Source: an uncultured delta proteobacterium (GTDB lineage Bacteria; Desulfobacterota; RBG-13-43-22). From it: DNA of 64,000 bases. Position numbers and translations under genes: made by a program. The stretch lies in the NCBI GenBank assembly GCA_963790475.1, contig CAWBOS010000011.1:64001-128000 (forward strand), read 5' to 3'. The notes beneath the pieces were generated by a model. The model saw only the letters and a program-made list of their open reading frames with translations. It did not search any database and was not told the origin of the DNA. The stretch's first letter is position 1. Each line of letters starts with the position of its first letter. Shown here piece by piece: positions 40,881 to 50,706 of the stretch.

Positions 40881-42263
40881 ATGCCAGCCAAATACCATAT
40901 TCACACGGCGCCGGTACCCAATCGTTTTCCCACCGTCATCCGGTCAGGGGTCATCGCCTGGGAAGAGGGTTGTCTTAAATGTCCCAAATGCGTCAAGCGG
41001 GAATGTGTTTACGGGGTTTATGATAAGCGGGGACTCGATTCTCGTTTGATGTCCGATTCGTTGGACAGTTTATGCAAAGATTGTTTCCGCTGTGTTCAGA
41101 ATTGCCCGAATCGTTTGATCCATAAGGCCTTAAACCCGGACTATAAAAATCTTGGGGATCATTACTGGACGCCGGAGATCATCTCCAAACTCTGGTTTCA
41201 GGCCGAGACCGGTCGTATCCCGGTTTCCGGCGCCGGATACGGGGGACCTTTTTCCGGATCGGGATTTGACGCCATGTGGACCGATATGTCCGAAATCGTT
41301 CGGCCCACCCGGGATGGAATCCATGGCCGGGAGTATATCAGCACCCAGGTCGATCTGGGCCGGAAGCATCAGGCCCTGGAATTTGATGCCCAGGGGAAGC
41401 TCTTGTCTCCGGTCTATCCTTCCGTCGAGATCCCTTTACCGATCATCTTTGACATACTGCCCTGGTCTCCCCCGCGGGACCGCATCAATCACACCTTGCT
41501 TCGGGCGGCAAAAAAGATCAATACCTTCACGATCATTGCCCAGGAGGACTGGCACCCGAGCCTTCATCGCTATCTGAATCACATCATGCTCTACCTGACC
41601 GGCGATCCTGAAGGGTTTGATAGCGCAATCATTAAAAAGCTGCGTTTGATAGAAATCCCGGACGGACCCAAGGTCCTGGAAAAGCTGAAATGGCTTAAAG
41701 GCCAAAATCCCGGGGTCGTGATTAGTGTTCGGATCTCCCTGTCCCCCCAGGCAGCCGGTCGGGCTTTGGAACTCACCCAAGCCGGATTGGAAATCATCCA
41801 TTTTATGGCCGATGAATTCGGCCGCGAACAGGGAGAAGCCCCCTTATTCGTCAAAGATCGAATCAAAGAGGTCCACTTACATCTGGTTAAAAACGGGATT
41901 CGGGATCAGGTTACCATTTTAGCCGGGGGCGGTGTGGCCATGGCCGAAGACCTGGCCAAGCTGATTATTTGCGGGGCCGATGCCGTCACCGTGGACATCC
42001 CCCTCCTGGTAGCTTTGGAGTGCCGTGTTTGCCGGAGGTGCGCGGAAGAGATTCCCTGCCCGGTGAATATCGCCCAGATCTACCCGCCCCGTGGACAGGC
42101 CCGGATCAGGAACCTGATGGCCGGGTGGTACAACCAGCTTTTGGAAGTCATGGGGGCCATGGGCATCCGGGAAGCCCGGCGCCTGCGGGGCGAAATGGGA
42201 AGGGCCATGTTTTTTGAAGACCTGGAAAGGGAGATTTTTCTCCCTCTGCATAAAAGGAATTAA
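40881..42263 (+). CDS. Glutamate synthase FMN-barrel paralog with N-terminal ferredoxin (appears degenerate)
   Basis: C..C.KC...C and C..C.RCV..CP; GGG and C..C..C....CP retained, but GEGG and QGAKPG motifs not seen. Confidence 0.8.
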   Translation: MPAKYHIHTAPVPNRFPTVIRSGVIAWEEGCLKCPKCVKRECVYGVYDKRGLDSRLMSDSLDSLCKDCFRCVQNCPNRLIHKALNPDYKNLGDHYWTPEIISKLWFQAETGRIPVSGAGYGGPFSGSGFDAMWTDMSEIVRPTRDGIHGREYISTQVDLGRKHQALEFDAQGKLLSPVYPSVEIPLPIIFDILPWSPPRDRINHTLLRAAKKINTFTIIAQEDWHPSLHRYLNHIMLYLTGDPEGFDSAIIKKLRLIEIPDGPKVLEKLKWLKGQNPGVVISVRISLSPQAAGRALELTQAGLEIIHFMADEFGREQGEAPLFVKDRIKEVHLHLVKNGIRDQVTILAGGGVAMAEDLAKLIICGADAVTVDIPLLVALECRVCRRCAEEIPCPVNIAQIYPPRGQARIRNLMAGWYNQLLEVMGAMGIREARRLRGEMGRAMFFEDLEREIFLPLHKRN

Positions 42264-42272
42264 CCTATGTCT

Positions 42273-42410
42273 GACGGCTTCGTAAAAAAGCCCCTAAGTC
42301 CCGCGTTTCGCGGGATTGCACTGCGACCTTCCCCGTTTTTTAGCGGGGCAGGCTTATTGCGGCGGACTTCTCTGTACGCCTCATTCCTCAGGACTTTTTA
42401 CTGTGCCGTC
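42273..42410. mobile_element. MITE-like element (GACGGC.....GTAAAAA / TTTTTAC...GCCGTC ends)
   Basis: Imperfect terminal inverted repeats. Shares GCGGGGCAGGCTTATT...GTACGCCTCATTCCTCAGGA with 53089..53328. Confidence 0.65.
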
Positions 42411-42438
42411 CCAACTGATGGGTTTTAACGAGGGTATC

Positions 42439-43953
42439 ATGTCTGATGTTTCTCAATTTGTTCCTCCGGAGGTGAAGCCGACACCGACCCGGTTTCGCCA
42501 TGCCATAAGCAAGTATCGCATAACCATCGGAAAGAATTGTGACAATTGTGGCCTTTGTCTGAAGCTTTGCCCTTATGGGGTTTATCAACCGGGTGCCAAA
42601 CGGCCCAAACCCGGCAAGGACTTCCTTTGCCTGGGTCCGGCCTGCCAAAAAAATGATTATTTTTGCAGTACCCGCTGTCCTAAGGAAGCCATCACTATGA
42701 ACCCCAATCCGTCTTTTGAGGTGTTGGGTGATAAAAGGTGGACGGCCGATCTGCTGGCCAGTACCTGGTACATGGCCGAAACCGGAGAAGTCCCTTATCA
42801 AGATCTCAATTACAAGACCGGCGATTCGGGGGGCGGGTTTGACAAGCTTCGGCTCGTTTTTCCTCCCAACAGGGCCTTGGATTGCCGGGATGAAGATATT
42901 TCTCTTTCATTGGAACTCAATCGTACCGGAGATGAGCGGCCTTCCATTACTCTTCCGATTCCCTTTTACCTGGGGGGAATGTCCTTTGGTTCAGTAAGTA
43001 TCAATGCCATTCTCTCCCGGGTTCGGGCAGCCACCGCCTGGGGGACTTTCTGTAGTACCGGGGAAGGGGGGTTCCCTGACGACCTGATCCCCTATGAAGA
43101 TCATATTATCACCCAGGTGGCCACCGGCCTGTTCGGGGTGCGGGAAGAGACCATCCAACGGGTTCGCATTGTGGAATTTAAGTATGCCCAGGGCGCCAAA
43201 CCAGGATTGGGCGGCCATCTGTTGGGCGACAAGGTCACCCCGGAGGTGGCCCGGATGCGGGAGGCCGTGGTGGGAACTTCATTGTTTTCTCCCTTCCCCT
43301 TTCATAGTGTCTATTCCGTGGAGGACCACAAAAAACATATCGATTGGATCAAAGAGACCAATCCCCGAGCCCTGGTTTCCGTCAAGGTCTCTACCCCGAA
43401 TGATGTGGATATGGTGGCCGTCGGGAGCTATTTTGCCGGGGCCCATATACTCCAGTTGGACGGCAGTTACGGGGGCACCGGAGCGGCCCCGGATATTGCC
43501 AAAAAAAATATTGCCATGCCCCTGGAGTATGCCGTTCCCAAAGTGCATAAGTTTCTTAAGGACGAAGGTATCCGGGACAATCTGACCCTGATCGCCAGCG
43601 GCGGGATACGGACCGGGTATGACGTAGCCAAGATCATCGCCCTGGGTGCCAACGGGGTTTGCCTGGGTACCACCGACATGGTCGCTTTGGAATGCCTGCG
43701 TTGTCACAACTGCGAATCCGGCCGCGGATGCGCCCGGGGAATCGCCACCACCGATCCGGAACTGACCAATTTGATGACCCAGGATTGGGGGACCCAGCGG
43801 ATCATCAATGTCTATTCCGCCTGGATGAAACAATTGAGAACCATCCTTAAAAAGTTAGGCATTAGCCATATCCGGGATTTAGTCGGGCGCTGGGATTGCC
43901 TGGCTCATCTGGATTACATAAAGGCCGAAGAAATTGAAGGAGAGTTGGAATAG
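42439..43953 (+). CDS. Glutamate synthase FMN-binding subunit with ferredoxin domain (GltB2-like)
   Basis: GMSFG, TGEGG, QVATG.FG, K.AQGAKPG.GGHL, SP.P.H, DG..GGTGAA, SGGIR, C..C..C....C..GIAT. Confidence 0.92.
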   Translation: MSDVSQFVPPEVKPTPTRFRHAISKYRITIGKNCDNCGLCLKLCPYGVYQPGAKRPKPGKDFLCLGPACQKNDYFCSTRCPKEAITMNPNPSFEVLGDKRWTADLLASTWYMAETGEVPYQDLNYKTGDSGGGFDKLRLVFPPNRALDCRDEDISLSLELNRTGDERPSITLPIPFYLGGMSFGSVSINAILSRVRAATAWGTFCSTGEGGFPDDLIPYEDHIITQVATGLFGVREETIQRVRIVEFKYAQGAKPGLGGHLLGDKVTPEVARMREAVVGTSLFSPFPFHSVYSVEDHKKHIDWIKETNPRALVSVKVSTPNDVDMVAVGSYFAGAHILQLDGSYGGTGAAPDIAKKNIAMPLEYAVPKVHKFLKDEGIRDNLTLIASGGIRTGYDVAKIIALGANGVCLGTTDMVALECLRCHNCESGRGCARGIATTDPELTNLMTQDWGTQRIINVYSAWMKQLRTILKKLGISHIRDLVGRWDCLAHLDYIKAEEIEGELE

Positions 43954-44090
43954 TAAATAAAAAAAATAGGGTTCAAGGGTTCGAGGCCTGCGGGCAGGCA
44001 GGAGGGTTTCAAGGGTTTTAACTTCCACGCCTTTCACTTGAAACCTTGGCCCCTTGAATCCTAGAACCCATTTCTATTAAGGTTTATCGT

Positions 44091-46721
44091 ATGAATCAAA
44101 AATATATTGCTCAAGCCATTCTTGATTCCCGTGCCCGTTTACTGGAAAAAACCAAGGGGCTTCCCGTCCTCCCTTTACGCACCGAGTCCGAGGAAGGGGG
44201 CTGCGGGGTTACCGGATTTGCCTGTAATATCCCAGTGGGCGGCCGCCACATTTTCGAACCTTCGGTTCAGATGCACAATCGCGGGAATGGAAAAGGGGGC
44301 GGCATCGCCGCCGTCGGCCTGGAGGCCGGTAAATTGGGGGTGGACCAATCCACTCTGGAAACTCATTTTCTGCTCCAGATTGCCTTGTTGGACCCAACGG
44401 TGTTAAAGGAACTGGAAGATCGTTTTGTCCGCCCTTTTTTTAAAATTGCCCAGGAGGATTTTGCCCCGACCGTTGACGATTATCGGGATATCCCCGGTTT
44501 GGAAATTGAACCCCCTCAGGTTAAACGCTATTTTGTCCAGGTCCAACCAAAAGTTCTGGCCTCTTTTCAACAGGAAAGAAATCTGAATAAATTATCCCCT
44601 GAAAAGGCGGCTGAAGAATTCATCTATCAAAACACCTTCCGGTTGAACCAAAACTATTACAGTTCGTTGGGGGAGAAAAAGGCCTTTGTCCTCTCCCACG
44701 GCCGCAATATGATGATCCTGAAGATCGTTGGGTATGCCGAGAAGGTGGCCCAGTATTATCAGTTGGATGATTTCAAGGCCCATGTCTGGATCGCCCATCA
44801 GCGCTATCCAACCAAGGGGCGGGTCTGGCATCCTGGAGGGGCCCATCCCTTTATCGGGCTGGATGAAGCCCTGGTTCATAACGGAGATTTCGCCAATTAT
44901 TATTCGGTCAGCGAATACCTGTATCAGCGAAATGTGGTTCCTCTGTTTTTGACCGATACCGAGGTCTCCGTTCAGGTCTTTGATCTCCTTAACCGGGTCT
45001 ATGGTTATCCTTTGGAATACATCATCGAATCCCTGGCCCCGACCACGGAAATGGATTTTGATAAGCTGCCCCTGGAAAAACAAAGGATTTACCGCCAGAT
45101 CCAGACCACCCAGATCCACGGCTCCCCGGACGGGCCGTGGTTTTTCATCATTGCCCGTAATCTCACCGGGCAAAAAACCTATCAATTGATCGGCATCACC
45201 GATACGGCCATGCTCCGGCCGCAGGTCTTCGCCCTGCAAAAAGGAGAAGTGGAGATCGGACTGATCTGCTCGGAAAAACAGGCCATCGATGCGACCTTGC
45301 AGTCCCTGGCCAGGGAAGATTCCCGGTTCGGCACCGTTGCCGATCGCTATTGGAACGCCAGGGGCGGGAGCTATACCGACGGCGGGGCCTTTATTTTTTC
45401 GGTCAAGGAATCGGAGGCCGGAAATTGGAACCTGAGCTGTCAGGATAAATTCGGCCGGCCCATTGATATCCCGGCCGAGCGGACCCCCCATGATTTTCGC
45501 CTTGAACTTAAGACCGCGCCTTTAAAGACGGCGATGGCTAAAAAGGTCAGGCAGGCCTTGGAATCAGGGAAGATCGTTCCCTTATTTTCTTCCTTAAGGG
45601 GTTCCATCGAAAAATGGGACTATGCCCAGCTCAACAGTTTTTTAGACCACCTGCTGGTTTTGGCCCAAGAGGAAAAGTTAAAGGAAGGGGTAATCGAATT
45701 GTTGACCTTGCTTCTGGATCGCAGGTATCCCACAGGGACGAAACGCCGCCGATCCCTTCTGCAATTGGTCACCCGGTCCCTTGAAAAAATATTTAACGAG
45801 ATTCCTCTTATAAACCAGACCAAAGGAACCTCTTTTCTCAGGATCGATTATGCCCATCGTCAAACGCTTCGTGCCCCGGAAGACGGGGAAAAGGTCCTGG
45901 TCATCAATGCCGGTCAGTTTCAGCCGGAAGGGGAAGACTGCGATGCCCGCCTGGTGGTCAAGGCTTATGAGCTGGGTTGGAAAAGGTTTATCGGCTATGG
46001 GTACCGGGGGCAACGATTTCTGGGTTGCGGCCTGGGGCCGGACACCAAAGGGGTCCGCATCGATGCTTATGGGAGTAGCGGGGATTACCTGGCTTCCGGG
46101 ATCGATGGATTGGAAATTTTGGTTCATGGCAATGCCCAGGACCAATTGGGGCAGATTCTCAAAAGCGGCAAACTGGTGGTCCACGGCGATGTGGGGCAGA
46201 CCTTTTTGTACGGGGCCAAAGGCGGTGAGGTTTATGTGTTGGGTAATGCCGCCGGACGCCCGCTGATTAATGCAGTGGGCAGGCCCAAGGTAGTCATTAA
46301 TGGTACGGCCCTGGATTTTCTGGCCGAATCCTTCATGGCCGGAGACCCCCATAACGGGGGAGGATTTGTCATAGTCAACGGCCTGATTGTTGATACCCAG
46401 GGGAATATAATTCCTCAGGAAACACCTTATCCCGGATCGAACCTCTTTTCTCTGGCCTCCGGCGGGGCCATTTATATCCGGGACCCCCATCAAAAAATAG
46501 TGGCCGAACAGCTTAACGGCGGGGAGATCGTCCCCTTCTCCGAGGAAGATTGGCAACTGATCCTGCCTTATCTGAAGGAGAACGAACGCCTCTTCGGCAT
46601 TTCCATCGAGGATCACCTGTTGACTGTCGATGGTCAAAGAAGCACGCCTTCAAAAGTCTTTCGCACCGTTCAACCGGCTAAACCAACGGTCCTGGCCGAC
46701 GGGTTGGATGAATGGGAATAA
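44091..46721 (+). CDS. Glutamate synthase amidotransferase + GXGXG domain fusion (GltB1/B3-like)
   Basis: EEGGCGV (Ntn Cys), H.RG, HQRYPT, AHPF, HNG, TDTE; C-terminal G-rich GXGXG repeats. Confidence 0.9.
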   Translation: MNQKYIAQAILDSRARLLEKTKGLPVLPLRTESEEGGCGVTGFACNIPVGGRHIFEPSVQMHNRGNGKGGGIAAVGLEAGKLGVDQSTLETHFLLQIALLDPTVLKELEDRFVRPFFKIAQEDFAPTVDDYRDIPGLEIEPPQVKRYFVQVQPKVLASFQQERNLNKLSPEKAAEEFIYQNTFRLNQNYYSSLGEKKAFVLSHGRNMMILKIVGYAEKVAQYYQLDDFKAHVWIAHQRYPTKGRVWHPGGAHPFIGLDEALVHNGDFANYYSVSEYLYQRNVVPLFLTDTEVSVQVFDLLNRVYGYPLEYIIESLAPTTEMDFDKLPLEKQRIYRQIQTTQIHGSPDGPWFFIIARNLTGQKTYQLIGITDTAMLRPQVFALQKGEVEIGLICSEKQAIDATLQSLAREDSRFGTVADRYWNARGGSYTDGGAFIFSVKESEAGNWNLSCQDKFGRPIDIPAERTPHDFRLELKTAPLKTAMAKKVRQALESGKIVPLFSSLRGSIEKWDYAQLNSFLDHLLVLAQEEKLKEGVIELLTLLLDRRYPTGTKRRRSLLQLVTRSLEKIFNEIPLINQTKGTSFLRIDYAHRQTLRAPEDGEKVLVINAGQFQPEGEDCDARLVVKAYELGWKRFIGYGYRGQRFLGCGLGPDTKGVRIDAYGSSGDYLASGIDGLEILVHGNAQDQLGQILKSGKLVVHGDVGQTFLYGAKGGEVYVLGNAAGRPLINAVGRPKVVINGTALDFLAESFMAGDPHNGGGFVIVNGLIVDTQGNIIPQETPYPGSNLFSLASGGAIYIRDPHQKIVAEQLNGGEIVPFSEEDWQLILPYLKENERLFGISIEDHLLTVDGQRSTPSKVFRTVQPAKPTVLADGLDEWE

Positions 46722-46728
46722 AAAAATA

Positions 46729-46757
46729 GGGAAGGCTGATTTTTCCTCAGCCTTCCC
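46729..46757 (+). terminator. Hairpin after the glutamate synthase operon
   Basis: GGGAAGGCTGA / TCAGCCTTCCC perfect 11-bp stem right after the stop codon. Confidence 0.55.
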
Positions 46758-47124
46758 CGCCTCTACAAATCAGGCCCTTCTGAATTCTGACCTCTGAGGT
46801 ACCGATCTTTCCCCCTCGTTTTAGCTTCGAACTCCCAACCCCGAAGTTTCTTTTTCTTGGACCGCTATGATCTGATTTTTTGCACTTTTCAGCAAAAAAA
46901 GAGTTGACTTCCCCCCTTTCCCCTTCGATGATGAAATGGTCATTGCCCTATCGCCGGGTAGGGTTGGGCATGCCGTTGAAGGACTTAAGCAACTTTATGC
47001 CAGGGGGCTGAGATACCCCATGTGGTTCATTGGGATCGAATGCGACCAAAATACATCCACCGAATCCCCGCATCGGTAACAGCTCCCTTTCCCTGTATCT
47101 ATGCACCGTTGGGGGTAGATCTCT

Positions 47125-48234
47125 TTAATGCCAAGAAAATAGACCTGACCCTAGAGGGGGTACGGAACTATACGAAGTCAGGGGATAAACGATAAAAAAT
47201 TGGCAATTAAGCAATAAGTTGGATTAAGCTTTTAGATATTATTGGAGACCTAACGTGGCAGAAACGATAAAAATCACTTCTGTTTATGGTGTCAAAGATA
47301 ATGGCCAGTTGGTGAACATCGTAGTTGAAGGAAATTCCAATGAAATACCTTATATTTTGATAACTATTTGGGGCAAAAAACAAAATCGCAATATAATAAG
47401 GCAGATTTCTTCAGCAGAGTTTAACGAATCAATTGAACAAGAAATTATTAAAAGTGCTCAATGTGAGTGTGGGGACCAAATAACCATCAAGGCTTTCTGC
47501 TTAGCCAATTCAGCTATTTCCGATACATGGAAAGGAGAGCTTCAATGTATTGAAATAGGGAAGGAAGCAGCGGTTACAGTTGAGGAAGGTCCTGAGGTAG
47601 AAAAGGTTTTAGAGATAGTAGCGGCAGCAGAGGCTGAAGAAGCAGAAGAGGAAAAAGTCAGTCCTCCGGAATCATTGCCTTTGGAGACACCAACTCCCGA
47701 AAAAGAAGAGGAACCAGCGGTTACAGTTGCCGAAGATCATGAGGAAAAGGAAGAAGAGGAAAGTGTTCCGAAATCATTCTTATTCCCAACTATAGGAATC
47801 ACGACTGTTAAAGGTTTCACATATAAGGGAGACTTGGTGGATATCGTTGTTGAAGGTGCCTCCACCGGAAATAAAAGAATTTTAATAAAGATCCAATGGG
47901 GAAACATTAGATACTATAAAATTGTTTCTCCGTCTTCTTCGGGAGAATTCAAGTCATCATTTGAGCAAGATATTAGTAGAAGTGTTAAAAGCGAAGGCGG
48001 GGATCAACTAACCGTTACCGCTTTATCCTTAGCGGACTCAGCGATTTTCGATACATGGCAAGAAAAGTTTCATTGTGTTGAAAAAGTCGGCGTAGCGGCG
48101 AACACTGTTACCGGGAGTGACGGCGTGAAGGAGGATAAAGAGGGAATGGAGTCAGACTATGAAAAGTAGTTGATCCGTGAGGATCATTGGGGGTCACCTA
48201 TTAAAAGAGATCAGGTCTATTTTCTTGACATTAA
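47125..48234. repeat. 24-bp inverted repeats (23/24) flanking the duplicated-domain gene
   Basis: TTAATGCCAAGAAAATAGACCTGA (47125-47148) versus TCAGGTCTATTTTCTTGACATTAA (48211-48234). Confidence 0.75.
47255..48169 (+). CDS. Hypothetical protein: two ~95-aa beta-rich repeats joined by an acidic linker
   Basis: I.IT.V.G....G.LV.IVVEG.S...GDQ.T..A..LA.SAI.DTW.....C.E occurs twice; GGAG RBS; AT-rich. Confidence 0.75.
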   Translation: MAETIKITSVYGVKDNGQLVNIVVEGNSNEIPYILITIWGKKQNRNIIRQISSAEFNESIEQEIIKSAQCECGDQITIKAFCLANSAISDTWKGELQCIEIGKEAAVTVEEGPEVEKVLEIVAAAEAEEAEEEKVSPPESLPLETPTPEKEEEPAVTVAEDHEEKEEEESVPKSFLFPTIGITTVKGFTYKGDLVDIVVEGASTGNKRILIKIQWGNIRYYKIVSPSSSGEFKSSFEQDISRSVKSEGGDQLTVTALSLADSAIFDTWQEKFHCVEKVGVAANTVTGSDGVKEDKEGMESDYEK

Positions 48235-48329
48235 GAATGGTAACCATAGACTGAGACCTCCCATCATCCCTTATTCTAAATTCTAATGAACTGCCCTTGA
48301 TCGTCCCTCTGATCCGCTAAATCTCTCTT

Positions 48330-48794
48330 TCATCGCATATTCAAGATGCCCTTAAGTTCCTCAAGAAAGCCGATCTGACCTTTGTTTATTTTCCGGACGG
48401 CCTCGTCCTCCCCGAACCAAGCCGCCCGGTCTATTTCCGGATACTCCCTTTTTCTGCCGGACCGGGGCGGCCACTCCATGGTAAAGGTATTGCTCTTGAT
48501 CGAAGAAGGGTCGCAGTCCCCGGCAAAGGCCCAGGCGGGAACCCACTTTCCACCCGGCTGCCTGATGGTGGAAAGCGGCTTAAAAACCCCTTCGGCCCTA
48601 AACCCGGTCTCTTCAAAAAATTCCCGTTTGGCAGCTTCCAGCGGGTCCTCATTTTCAGTGTATTCGCCCTTGGGGATCGACCAGGCCCCTTCGTCCTTGC
48701 CCGCCCAGTAAGGGCCCCCGGGGTGAACCAGAAAAACCTCAAGCCCCTTATTCCCAAAACGATACATCAGCAACCCGGCACTCTGTTTAATCAT
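48330..48794 (-). CDS. NUDIX hydrolase
   Basis: HPGGP.W, WSIPKG, AA.REF.EETG, WPP.SG, PE.DRA. Confidence 0.9.
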   Translation of the reverse strand: MIKQSAGLLMYRFGNKGLEVFLVHPGGPYWAGKDEGAWSIPKGEYTENEDPLEAAKREFFEETGFRAEGVFKPLSTIRQPGGKWVPAWAFAGDCDPSSIKSNTFTMEWPPRSGRKREYPEIDRAAWFGEDEAVRKINKGQIGFLEELKGILNMR

Positions 48795-48884
48795 ATCAAT
48801 TTTTCATTCGTTGCCCGTGCCATGGTTCCAGGCAAATCGATTCTTTCATGTTTTGGTAGGGACTCCGGTAAAGAAGTAAAAAAG

Positions 48885-49352
48885 TCAGGTGTCATGCCGC
48901 GCAGGTCGATCTTTCAATTTGTCAAAATCAACAAGATCCTGTGGCTTTCCGCTCGCACGTTTATTGATCAACAAATCGTTCTTGGAGATGAAATTAATTT
49001 TTAATTCACCAAGATCTGCAATAACGCGATTTTTGTAACAGGGATTGAAAAGAACCCCGTCAATAGAAGTAAGGATCTCCAACCGCATTGGAGGAAATCC
49101 CATTCTGATGACCTTTTCTTTTTTTAAAAATAATTCCTTTCTTAATTCCGGAAGATTGAATCCAAAGGCTTTCGAGACATCAACCATTTTCAAGGCATTT
49201 CTCTCGTCGATGGCTATCCAGACATCCAGATCACCGGTTGCCCGGGGGTAACCATGAAAGCCTACGGCATATCCTCCGACTATGAGGTATTTAATTTTCT
49301 TTGAGTTCAGTAATTGTAAGAACTCTTTGAAGTCTTTCGGAAATTCGATCAT
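48885..49352 (-). CDS. Nucleotidyltransferase-like protein (TA-type)
   Basis: VGGYAV..HG.PRATGDLD, NK.A.G.PQDL.D. Confidence 0.8.
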   Translation of the reverse strand: MIEFPKDFKEFLQLLNSKKIKYLIVGGYAVGFHGYPRATGDLDVWIAIDERNALKMVDVSKAFGFNLPELRKELFLKKEKVIRMGFPPMRLEILTSIDGVLFNPCYKNRVIADLGELKINFISKNDLLINKRASGKPQDLVDFDKLKDRPARHDT

Positions 49353-49491
49353 GCCCGAACATCGCCCTTCTTAAGAATTCAATGGTTTCAATTCGTTCAA
49401 GGTAGCTGCGATCCTGCCAGCTGTCTCTATCATCCTCGTCATGCAAATTTCCAACTTCAAAAAAGTTTCTTTGAATTATTTCTTGTATCAT
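49291..49491 (-). CDS. Small partner protein of the nucleotidyltransferase
   Basis: D...W.......ERI..IE.LR......RLQRV pattern; overlaps the downstream gene by 62 bp. Confidence 0.55.
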   Translation of the reverse strand: MIQEIIQRNFFEVGNLHDEDDRDSWQDRSYLERIETIEFLRRAMFGHDRISERLQRVLTITELKEN

Positions 49492-49872
49492 TTCATCATA
49501 TTCCTAAATAATTCCCACTTAAAAAGGTGGGGATAACGTTAACACAGACTGTTAGTAAGAAGGAATCTTTGGGGATAGAATACTGGCCATTATTCTCCTC
49601 AAGATCATTGAAAAGAAGACGATAAACCTGAGGCTGTTTGGGTTAAATTAACATAACCACTTAATTTGTCAAGAAAATAGTTTTAAAAGAGGCAAATATC
49701 AGAAGGAAAGTCTGAATAAAATTACTTCTCCGAATTCCTCGGTTATACCCTTAGGCGAATCTTTGGGGGCGGCATATTCATTGTACACGATTTTGGTGGG
49801 AGGAATATATCACGCGCATGACTTGGACTACCCTCAAGTTGCATAATAGACAGGGCGAAGGAGTGATTGAAA

Positions 49873-50706
49873 CTACTGAATCAACCTGCGGACCATCAGG
49901 CGCAAGGACAGGGGCAGGGTGATGAGGCAGAAGATCAGGAGATATAGAAAGTTCCATAGCTGCTGCAGGGAAAGAATATTCAAAGCCAGGGCCCGGGTCA
50001 GCTCCACCACGTGAGTCAGGGGGAAAACCCAAGCCAGCGCTTTGGCCCAGAAAGGGAGCTGATCCAAAGGGAAAAAGGTCCCGGAAAATAAAAACATGGG
50101 AGTGATGAAAAGAAAGACCGGGAGGTTGAAGGCCTCGATGTTCGGCGTCAGAGCGGTAAAACACATACCCACTGCTCCGAAGGCCATCCCCCCGAGCAGG
50201 GAGACCAGGAGTATTCCCAAAGACCAGGGATAGCTTAAAAGTCCGAAGAAAGTAAGGATGATCATCATCAAGGCCGTGGCCATCAACGAGCGGCTGGCTC
50301 CCCAGACCATTTCGCCCAGGATAACCTCTTCCACGGTCAAGGGTGTGGCCATCAGGGCATCGAAGGTTTTTTGATAATACATCCGCACATAAGAAGCATA
50401 AGTGGTTTCAAAAAAGGCATTTTGCATGATATTTATGGCCAGTATCCCCGGGGCGATGAAGGCCGCATAACTGATCAGCCGTCCTCCGAAATTCAGTTTC
50501 CCGACCAGATAACCCAATCCCGCACCAAAAGCCAAAAGATAAAAAATCGGTTCCAAAACCGGGGGCAGAAAATTAATCCTCCAGGTCTTGATATAGACAT
50601 CCCAATTGCGCTGCCAGACCCGGATAAAACGCCAGGTAATCAATTTCGGATTTCGGATTTCGGATTGCGGATTGTCAAAGGCAGGATTTGGAGTCAGGTT
50701 GTTCAT
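49873..50706 (-). CDS. ABC-2 permease (NodJ-like)
   Basis: EP.FYL.AFG.GLG, F.APG, TPMFLFSG.FFP. Confidence 0.88.
   Translation of the reverse strand: MNNLTPNPAFDNPQSEIRNPKLITWRFIRVWQRNWDVYIKTWRINFLPPVLEPIFYLLAFGAGLGYLVGKLNFGGRLISYAAFIAPGILAINIMQNAFFETTYASYVRMYYQKTFDALMATPLTVEEVILGEMVWGASRSLMATALMMIILTFFGLLSYPWSLGILLVSLLGGMAFGAVGMCFTALTPNIEAFNLPVFLFITPMFLFSGTFFPLDQLPFWAKALAWVFPLTHVVELTRALALNILSLQQLWNFLYLLIFCLITLPLSLRLMVRRLIQ

Noticed and set aside
42316-42438. 41-aa N-terminal extension of the glutamate synthase FMN subunit
   Set aside because: Derived from the MITE; ATG 42439 with a GAGG RBS is the better start.
46988-47003. Possible sigma54 promoter TGGCATAAAGTTGC on the minus strand
   Set aside because: GG-to-GC spacing is 9, not 10, and there is no downstream gene in that orientation.
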